A DNA stretch of 64,000 nucleotides, from contig JACKGF010000001.1 in the NCBI GenBank assembly GCA_020632095.1, positions 866,713 to 930,712 of the forward strand, written 5' to 3'. Both the position numbers and the translations under genes were made by a program. Below are positions 57,928-64,000 of the stretch, one piece after another. The notes below the pieces were generated by a model that worked only from the letters and a program-made list of their open reading frames with translations, was not told the DNA's origin and ran no database searches. Within the stretch, counting starts at the first letter, position 1, and each line of letters opens with the position of its first letter. This DNA is from Candidatus Nomurabacteria bacterium. Its GTDB lineage: Bacteria > Patescibacteriota > Minisyncoccia > Phycocordibacterales > UBA918.

Positions 57928-58573
57928 GGATCATTCTCCAGTGGTTTATTTTAAGAACAGCAAAGCTTTGTTCGAGTTTTATATAATCACTATTTTTTAA
58001 GAGTGTAAAGGGTTGTATTGGTAGTAAAGGAGCTACAAAGCGGACGCCTTTAGAAAGGGTAGCAAAACCTCGCCTTTTTGCCGGAGAACCCAATTTTATC
58101 GTTGACTTTTCGGGGAATTTCAAGTATTCTCATCCCTGTTCCAACCTCAGTGAGGAGAAGTGTCACCTCACAAGATGAAGAAGAAAAAGGTTAAAATCTG
58201 TTGGGAGTCCCTGTAAGGATAGCCGTTAACTGTCTTTACAAGAGATTCCCTTCAACCGCACCCAAAGTGCGGGTTTATAGGTAGTTGAAGAACTACAAAA
58301 TTATAAATTAATTAGGGGTTGTGGTGAGTATTTATAAAGGATGTTCCAAGAATAAGGTAGATAGCACTGTAATAAGCGTTTGATCACCTTTTCCAGGAAT
58401 CGGCGGCGGGCTAAAGCCGCCGATTCGGAACTAAATTCTGAGCAGCCCGCTACATGCTATTTCTCCCCTAGGAAGGGGTCGAAATATCATAAGCGTCTGC
58501 ATAAGCAAAATATAGTCGTAGCTTCGCTACTCCTGATTTTGCTTAATACTCATCACGCTCCTTAAAATTAAAA

Positions 58574-58903
58574 ATGTCACGATCACTCTATAAAGGACCA
58601 TACATAGACGAAAAACTCCTCAAAAAGATCGCCGGAAAAAAACCCGGAGAGGGTGGTGTCATCAAGACTTGGGCTCGCGGCTCAGTCATCTCACCAGAAA
58701 TGGTCGGATTCAAATTTGGTGTACATAACGGACGAGATCATATCGAAGTTTTAGTCGCCGAAGAAATGGTAGGACACAAGTTTGGAGAATTTTCACCAAC
58801 TAAAAAATTCCATCGACACGGAGGTAAGATGCAGAAAGAGCTTGAGCAGAAGAAGAAGGCCGCAGAAATTGCAGCAGCTAAGGCAGCTAAGACCACTAAA
58901 TAA
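58574..58903 (+). CDS. rpsS: 30S ribosomal protein S19 (Lys/Ala-rich C-terminal extension)
   Basis: …[18 protein letters not shown]…[25 protein letters not shown]… matches S19. Confidence 0.9.
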   Translation: MSRSLYKGPYIDEKLLKKIAGKKPGEGGVIKTWARGSVISPEMVGFKFGVHNGRDHIEVLVAEEMVGHKFGEFSPTKKFHRHGGKMQKELEQKKKAAEIAAAKAAKTTK

Positions 58904-58908
58904 TCAGT

Positions 58909-59235
58909 ATGAAAGCATTTCTAAAAAACTATCGTCAGTCACCGCGTAAGGTTCGCCTTATCGCTGGCTTGGTACGAGGAAAAAATACTACTGATGCTAT
59001 CGCTACTCTACAATTTGTTGACAAGCGAGCAGCTGACCCCTTTGCTAAAGTGATTAAGTCTGCTGTAGCCAATGCTAAGGTGCAAGGAAAAGATGTTGAA
59101 AAGCTTTTTGTTAAAACTGTTTCAGTTGACAAGGGGACCATCATCAAGCGATCAATGCCACGGGCTCGTGGATCAGCATCGCGAATTAATAAGCGTAATA
59201 GCCATATCTCAGTCGAGCTCGGCGAGAAGAAATAA
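58909..59235 (+). CDS. rplV: 50S ribosomal protein L22
   Basis: L22 pattern (…YRQSPRKVRLIAGLVRGK…); position in the S10-operon order. Confidence 0.9.
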   Translation: MKAFLKNYRQSPRKVRLIAGLVRGKNTTDAIATLQFVDKRAADPFAKVIKSAVANAKVQGKDVEKLFVKTVSVDKGTIIKRSMPRARGSASRINKRNSHISVELGEKK

Positions 59236-59241
59236 AAAGAT

Positions 59242-59952
59242 ATGACACACGTAGCACATCCATATATCCAACGGATTGGGGTAAACCGAGACTGGAAGAG
59301 TCGATGGTTTACTACTAGCCCGTTGAAGTTCCGCGAATATCTCCGCGTTGATGCCGCTCTTAGAAAGATGCTGGATAAGCGTCTGAAGGGAATGTCAGTT
59401 GATGCAATCGAGATTGAACGTAGTGAAAAGGATATTCGTATCATTATAAAAACTTCACGTCCTGGACTAGTGATTGGTCGCAGTGGCGAAGGTATCACCA
59501 AGCTAAAGAAAGAAATTGACCTATTTTTGCGTAAGCAAAAAATGACAGATAAGTCTGAGCTTAAAGTTGATATTGAAGAAATTCGATCACCAGAATCAAG
59601 CGCACAAATTGTTGGGCAAATGATTGCTGAGGGACTTGAAAAGCGCATGACATTCCGTCGTGTGATGAAGCAGACAGCCGAGAAAGTGATGGCTAACCGT
59701 GACGTTGAAGGAATCCGTGTGATTCTCTCAGGACGTCTTGGTGGAGCTGACATGGCTCGCAAGGAAGAAATCAAAAAAGGTCGAGTCCCATTGCAAACTC
59801 TCCGAGCTGATATTGACTTCGCTCGGGTAGCTGCCAATCTACCTTACGGTGTTATTGGTATTAAGGTTTGGATTTATCGTGGAGAAGTGTTTGCTGACCG
59901 CAAGGCTGGCCAGAAGGATACTGAAGCACGGTTGAGTCACACCAGTAAATAA
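59242..59952 (+). CDS. rpsC: 30S ribosomal protein S3
   Basis: KH domain plus S3 C-terminal domain (…GIRVILSGRLGGADMAR…). Confidence 0.95.
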   Translation: MTHVAHPYIQRIGVNRDWKSRWFTTSPLKFREYLRVDAALRKMLDKRLKGMSVDAIEIERSEKDIRIIIKTSRPGLVIGRSGEGITKLKKEIDLFLRKQKMTDKSELKVDIEEIRSPESSAQIVGQMIAEGLEKRMTFRRVMKQTAEKVMANRDVEGIRVILSGRLGGADMARKEEIKKGRVPLQTLRADIDFARVAANLPYGVIGIKVWIYRGEVFADRKAGQKDTEARLSHTSK

Positions 59953-59958
59953 ACATAT

Positions 59959-60393
59959 ATGTTATTTCCAAAGAAAGTAAAACACCGCAAGTGGCAAGTT
60001 GGCCGCATGAGTGAAGAAAAGCGTAGTCGTCCAGACACCAGAGGTATTACCGTTTCATATGGTTCATATGGCCTTAAGGCGACAACTGATTCACGTGTTA
60101 AGTCAAACCAGATTGAAGCAGCTCGTCGAGTTATTTCACGAACTATGGGTAAGGTTGGTAAGACATGGATTCGTATTTTCCCAGACCGGCCAGTTACTCA
60201 TAAAGCGGCTGAAGTACCGATGGGTAAGGGTAAAGGAGATCCTGACCACTTCGTATTTGAAGTGCGACCAGGACGAATTATATTTGAGGTTGACGGAGTG
60301 TCAGAAGACATAGCTCGCGAAGCCTTCAGAAAGGCTTGCGCTAAGCTACCATTACAAGGAAAATTCGTGCGTCGTGAAGACACACGAGTGTAA
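59959..60393 (+). CDS. rplP: 50S ribosomal protein L16
   Basis: …MLFPKKVKHRK…RMGKGKGDPDHFV… matches L16. Confidence 0.95.
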   Translation: MLFPKKVKHRKWQVGRMSEEKRSRPDTRGITVSYGSYGLKATTDSRVKSNQIEAARRVISRTMGKVGKTWIRIFPDRPVTHKAAEVPMGKGKGDPDHFVFEVRPGRIIFEVDGVSEDIAREAFRKACAKLPLQGKFVRREDTRV

Positions 60394-60405
60394 GTACTGA
60401 TTGTT

Positions 60406-60606
60406 ATGACAAACATGAAAGATATTCAAAAAAAGTCAGACACTGAATTGATCGAAATGGTCAAGACAGATCGCGACACAGTACGTCAGGAACGTTTCAA
60501 GGATAAATTTAGTCGCAAGGCTAGTATTATCCGAACAGCAAAAACTGGCATCGCTCGTGCTCTGACTGAGCTCAACGTTCGTCGACGTAATCAAGAAACT
60601 AAATAG
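60406..60606 (+). CDS. rpmC: 50S ribosomal protein L29
   Basis: Small helical protein (…KSDTELIEMVK…ELNVRRRN…) in the conserved position between rplP and rpsQ. Confidence 0.8.
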   Translation: MTNMKDIQKKSDTELIEMVKTDRDTVRQERFKDKFSRKASIIRTAKTGIARALTELNVRRRNQETK

Positions 60607-60609
60607 CGT

Positions 60610-60867
60610 ATGAGTACTGAAGAAACAACCAATAACAATGGTCGCGTGCTCCGCGGAAAAGTAGTGGCTTCTAAAATGACTGATACCATTACTGTCGCAG
60701 TTGAGCGATACGTGAAGCACCCAAAATACAAGAAGTTCCTACGACGCACGAAGAAGTTCCTAGTGCATGATGCAGGAAACAAAGCGAAGGTAGGTGAAAC
60801 GGTCGAAATTAAAGAAGTCCGCCCAATCTCAAAGCGAAAAAGCTTCGAGCTTATAACCACAAAGTAA
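60610..60867 (+). CDS. rpsQ: 30S ribosomal protein S17
   Basis: …RVLRGKVVASKMTDTITVAVER…HPKYKK… matches S17. Confidence 0.9.
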   Translation: MSTEETTNNNGRVLRGKVVASKMTDTITVAVERYVKHPKYKKFLRRTKKFLVHDAGNKAKVGETVEIKEVRPISKRKSFELITTK

Positions 60868-60868
60868 T

Positions 60869-61240
60869 ATGATTCAGCCACAAACAATCGTAAAGATTAC
60901 TGACAACTCCGGAGCAAAGTCAGGCCGAGTCTTCAAGGTACTTGGTGGTTCAAAAAAGCGTTACGCTGAAATCGGAGAAATGGTGGTACTGGCTGTCCAG
61001 ACTGCAGAACCACGCAAGCAAGTGAAGAAGAAGGATGTCGTGTACGGAATTATTGTCCGACAACGCAAGCCGTTCAGGCGGAAGGATGGTTCTTATGTAA
61101 GCTTTGACGACAACGCAGTGGTGTTAGTCGACAAAGAAAAGAAGCAACCAAAAGCCAACCGTGTGTTTGGTCCAATTCCTCGCGAACTAGGTGAGGCTGG
61201 TTATCAGAAGATTGTATCTCTAGCCCCAGAGGTGGTTTAA
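60869..61240 (+). CDS. rplN: 50S ribosomal protein L14
   Basis: MIQPQTIVKITDNSGAK… is a canonical L14 start. Confidence 0.95.
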   Translation: MIQPQTIVKITDNSGAKSGRVFKVLGGSKKRYAEIGEMVVLAVQTAEPRKQVKKKDVVYGIIVRQRKPFRRKDGSYVSFDDNAVVLVDKEKKQPKANRVFGPIPRELGEAGYQKIVSLAPEVV

Positions 61241-61259
61241 AAGTTTAAAATTCGTGTAT

Positions 61260-61337
61260 TGCTTGGTTGTGACGAAAATTTTATTTCATCGTACAGGTGT
61301 ACGACTCAATAAAATTTCTTTGCACGCCTCGCACTAC
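61260..61337 (+). repeat. Intergenic element copy C (TGCTTGGTTGTGACG – CGTAC-aggt-GTACG – CTTTGCACGCCTCGCACTA)
   Basis: Between rplN and rplX, where the spacer is normally only a few bp. Confidence 0.5.
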
Positions 61338-61387
61338 ATCCAATTTTAAGATTTTTAAACTCAGCAAGATTCATAAAAAATAACAAT

Positions 61388-61699
61388 ATGAAAATCAAAA
61401 AAGGAGACACAGTAAAAGTGATTGCTGGAAAGGACAAAGGAAAAACTGGTGAAGTCTCGATTGCGCTTAAAGACACCAATCAAGTGGTGGTCGAAGGAGT
61501 AAACGAAGTGAAACGACACCAGAAGAACACCCGTTCTCGTTCACAAGGTCAAATCATTGAAAAGAGTATGCCAATTCACGCTTCAAACGTTGCACTCATG
61601 GAAGGTAAGAAAACTGTTCGAGTGGGATATATCTTCGAAGGTGAAGGTGATAAGCGAAAGAAAGTGCGAGTTGCTCGACCATCGGGCAAAAAAATCTAG
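61388..61699 (+). CDS. rplX: 50S ribosomal protein L24
   Basis: MKIKKGDTVKVIAGKDKGKTGEV… matches L24 (KOW motif). Confidence 0.9.
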   Translation: MKIKKGDTVKVIAGKDKGKTGEVSIALKDTNQVVVEGVNEVKRHQKNTRSRSQGQIIEKSMPIHASNVALMEGKKTVRVGYIFEGEGDKRKKVRVARPSGKKI

Positions 61700-61724
61700 C
61701 CGAAATGAAGAACTTGGCGAATTT

Positions 61725-61790
61725 CGTTGTCGCTACGCTAGTGTGGTCGGTCGCCGTATAAAAATACGTCTTCCTCACACACAAGCTAGG
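61725..61790 (+). repeat. Intergenic element copy E (CGTTGTCGCTACG – CGTAT-aaaa-ATACG – CTTCCTCACACACAAG)
   Basis: Variant hairpin stem (CGTAT/ATACG) with the same layout; between rplX and rplE. Confidence 0.4.
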
Positions 61791-61855
61791 CTCCTAGAAC
61801 TTCACTCAAGTTATTCATTTCTTAAGTTAATAGGTAAATCAATTAAAAATAGAGT

Positions 61856-62419
61856 ATGGAATCAGTACAGGCTCGCCTCAAAACAGTATTTGAAGTCATG
61901 AAAGGTGACTTTGGATACGGAAATGTAAATGAGGCTGCAACAATTGAAAAAGTCGTTATCTCAGTCGGAACCGGCCGAGTCGATGACAAAGCAAAAATCG
62001 CCCTTATCCAAGATCGTCTAGCAAAAATCACTGGACAGAAAGCCGCTCCTCGAGCCGCTCGTCAGTCTATCGCTGCTTTCAAGTTGCGTGAAGGTGATAT
62101 TGTTGGTTATCAAGTAACTCTTCGTGGAAAGCGCATGATTCACTTCCTAGATAAGTTGATTCACATCGCTATCCCACAAACTCGCGACTTCCGTGGCCTC
62201 AAAGCTACTTCAATCGACGAGATGGGTAACTACACACTAGGAATCAAGGAACACACTATTTTCCCAGAAACAGTTGATGAAGATATTCGCGACGTGTTCG
62301 GAATGTCTATCACAATTGTAACTACCGCCAAGACCAAGCCAGAAGCCGACACACTCCTCCGACACATCGGAATGCCTCTAGCTAAGGCAGAAGAAAAGGT
62401 GAGGAAAGGGAAGAAGTAG
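61856..62419 (+). CDS. rplE: 50S ribosomal protein L5
   Basis: L5 family sequence (…NVNEAATIEKVVISVGTG…GYQVTLRGKRM…). Confidence 0.95.
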   Translation: MESVQARLKTVFEVMKGDFGYGNVNEAATIEKVVISVGTGRVDDKAKIALIQDRLAKITGQKAAPRAARQSIAAFKLREGDIVGYQVTLRGKRMIHFLDKLIHIAIPQTRDFRGLKATSIDEMGNYTLGIKEHTIFPETVDEDIRDVFGMSITIVTTAKTKPEADTLLRHIGMPLAKAEEKVRKGKK

Positions 62420-62457
62420 CAACTGAAATTAATTCAGAAGACAGGAAAACAAAAAAC

Positions 62458-62492
62458 AAAAGGGCGACACCTAGGTGTTGCCCTTTTGTTTT
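62458..62492 (+). terminator. Rho-independent terminator after rplE (spc-type operon ends here)
   Basis: AAAAGGGCGACA-cctagg-TGTTGCCCTTTTGTTTT. Confidence 0.65.
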
Positions 62493-62552
62493 GGTCTAAA
62501 TATTGCTATAACTTTCATTGGGAATTCGCCCTTTACAGGAAGAGGAAAAAAC

Positions 62553-62990
62553 GTGGCTATTCATTTTTTGCCATTAGCGGTAGGTTTGATGGTGTTAAAA
62601 ATAAATGGATTCAATTATAACGTGTGTTCACGGTTACACGCGAAGTCATTAAACCGCGAAGAAGCCTTAAAGTTTTTTGATGCGGAGATCGAAAAACTGC
62701 AAGAAGCTCTATCGGGTTCAGTTGGACATTTTGCTCAGATTGAAATCGATCGCTTGCAGACATTGAAGCAGAAGATTGGGTTATTGGAACCTTCAGAGCC
62801 CTATACACTCAATGACTATATAGTTGACATGGTTCAAGAAACCGGCCAATCAATAGTCGACGCCAAAGACTATATCGGGAGAATGTTGAGTGGGATGAAG
62901 TCTCATTTGCATGCTGTTCGAAAATCAGTCGATGAAGAATTTGATAGAAGCAGCAACAAAGGTCACCCCGAAGAAGAGACACATCTATAA
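62553..62990 (+). CDS. Hypothetical protein (start uncertain; candidates are GTG 62553 and ATG 62600)
   Basis: ORF with an AGGAAGAGG RBS before the GTG; no motif recognised. Confidence 0.35.
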   Translation: MAIHFLPLAVGLMVLKINGFNYNVCSRLHAKSLNREEALKFFDAEIEKLQEALSGSVGHFAQIEIDRLQTLKQKIGLLEPSEPYTLNDYIVDMVQETGQSIVDAKDYIGRMLSGMKSHLHAVRKSVDEEFDRSSNKGHPEEETHL

Positions 62991-63023
62991 CCAACCTGGT
63001 CCATGCCCCACACGGACCCAAGT

Positions 63024-63045
63024 CGCGGCAACCCCGCGGCTTTTT
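63024..63045 (+). terminator. Rho-independent terminator
   Basis: CGCGG-caacc-CCGCG, then GC, then TTTTT. Confidence 0.5.
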
Positions 63046-63426
63046 ACTATATCTAAAAATCTCACGCTTCAGCCGTAGTATATATTTGCAGGCAAATGCC
63101 ATATATCAAATATCACTAGACAATGACCTTTAGAAAAAATAGGCTCTAAATTACTACTTATTAAAATATTAACGGTAAAGTGCTACCGCTAAATTACCTT
63201 TTACTATCAATACCCACTTGAGCTGGCGAGACGTTTGTTCTGTCAAGGCGAACCAAAGCCACCGGACCTAGGTCCAGTGGTTGTTTACTATTATTGGTGT
63301 GTTGCTTTTTTTAAATAAAACAAGTATAGGAGAGTGTGAATACTTGTGACTTTAATTTCCGTTTAATTAATCGTCTATTATATTAATACAATAGAGAAAG
63401 TATAGAGTTTTTATGATAGTGTATTC

Positions 63427-63921
63427 TTGGAATATGTAAAGCGGGGTATTAGAGTTATGAAAAGTAGTCAAAGTTACTTCAAAGATTGTGATTTTTCGAG
63501 TATTAAAAATAGTCTAGTAATTCTTGATATTGATGGCACTATCGTACCTCATAATGGGACAGAGGTGTTACCAGATGAACTTAATCAAATTAACTTTCTC
63601 AAAGAAAATAATAATAGAATCGTCATCGTAAGTAATAATGTCGATCAGCGGCGCAATGAATCTATTGCTCAAGCGTTAGATGTAGAATGTATAGAAACAG
63701 GTTATCGAAAACCAGATGTTCGTGCGATAGGGAAACTAGTGGCTCAATACTCTAGTCAAAGTCTATTCGTTATTGGTGACAAAATGCTTACAGATGGATT
63801 ATTCGCCAAAAAACTAGGAGGAGTTTTTTGGGGTGTAGAAAATTTGCGGAGTAAAGAGGATTCATTAGGAGTTAGGATTTTCTATTTTATAGACCGAATG
63901 AGTCAAAAAATATTTTACTAG
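63427..63921 (+). CDS. HAD-superfamily phosphatase, subfamily IIIA (YqeG-like)
   Basis: DxDGT motif (LVILDIDGTIV) and the VIGDKMLTD C-terminal HAD motif. Confidence 0.65.
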   Translation: MEYVKRGIRVMKSSQSYFKDCDFSSIKNSLVILDIDGTIVPHNGTEVLPDELNQINFLKENNNRIVIVSNNVDQRRNESIAQALDVECIETGYRKPDVRAIGKLVAQYSSQSLFVIGDKMLTDGLFAKKLGGVFWGVENLRSKEDSLGVRIFYFIDRMSQKIFY

Positions 63922-64000
63922 TTAGGTGTGTAAACATCTGTACTTTATACAACATCAACCCACTTTGTACAGCAAGGGGGTTGACTTTTTGTAAGATATA

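Noticed and set aside
58380-58565. 61-aa ORF upstream of rpsS
   Set aside because: It lies inside the hairpin-rich leader with no RBS and has an arginine-rich low-complexity start; likely non-coding.
58935-59837. 300-aa minus-strand ORF
   Set aside because: It is antisense to rplV/rpsC, which carry unmistakable ribosomal-protein sequences; a shadow ORF.
1-64000. Transposase/integrase, tRNA or rRNA genes
   Set aside because: No DDE/tyrosine-recombinase motifs or tRNA-like T-arm (GGTTCGA…) sequences were found by eye. The GC-rich block's mobility therefore cannot be tied to a recognisable integrase within this window.

Overview
This ~64 kb window looks like a low-GC (~40% by eye), gene-dense chromosomal segment from a small-genome bacterium. 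Type IV pilus genes, a split ComEC, NadM-Nudix and unusually fragmented ribosomal-protein operons would fit a CPR/Saccharibacteria-like lineage, but that is inference only. In order, the window contains: (1) a type IV pilus module (pilB 3' end, pilC, three pilin-like/PilX-like genes). (2) tpiA-pgk, a HIT protein and recJ. (3) An RNase H-like gene and a GC-rich intergenic block. (4) A ComEC channel gene carrying an apparent frameshift at a G7 tract, then sodA, a stand-alone ComEC-type MBL-fold protein and rpmB. (5) An M50 protease, then rpsL-rpsG separated from the rest of the str operon. (6) Miscellaneous genes: a GFA-family protein, a GH15-like hydrolase, an ABC-F ATPase, an APRT-Nudix fusion, prs and a TrmB-like regulator. 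(7) An NAD recycling cluster (NrtR, nadK, nadM-Nudix, pncB, nadE, ADP-ribosylglycohydrolase). (8) Immediately adjacent, a clearly GC-richer block of about 5 kb. It carries a nucleoside-2-deoxyribosyltransferase-like gene and a minus-strand operon pncA / vWA (TerY-like) / PP2C phosphatase / atypical Ser-Thr kinase (a TerY-P / YegI-YegK-YegL type triad), preceded by twin 17-bp palindromes. (9) A GIY-YIG protein, PadR plus a PspC-LRR membrane protein, and an FAD disulfide oxidoreductase fused to a DedA domain. (10) Ribosomal-protein and elongation-factor genes that are present but broken into four blocks by non-ribosomal inserts: fusA-tuf-rpsJ; rplC-rplD-rplW-rplB; rpsS-rplV-rpsC-rplP-rpmC-rpsQ-rplN-rplX-rplE; and rpsL-rpsG far upstream. 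A family of at least six related ~80-nt intergenic elements built around a CGTAC-N4-5-GTACG type hairpin sits in the spacers of these blocks. No rRNA, tRNA, CRISPR array or transposase was recognised. Many intrinsic terminators are perfect palindromes, often with a CCTAGG core.
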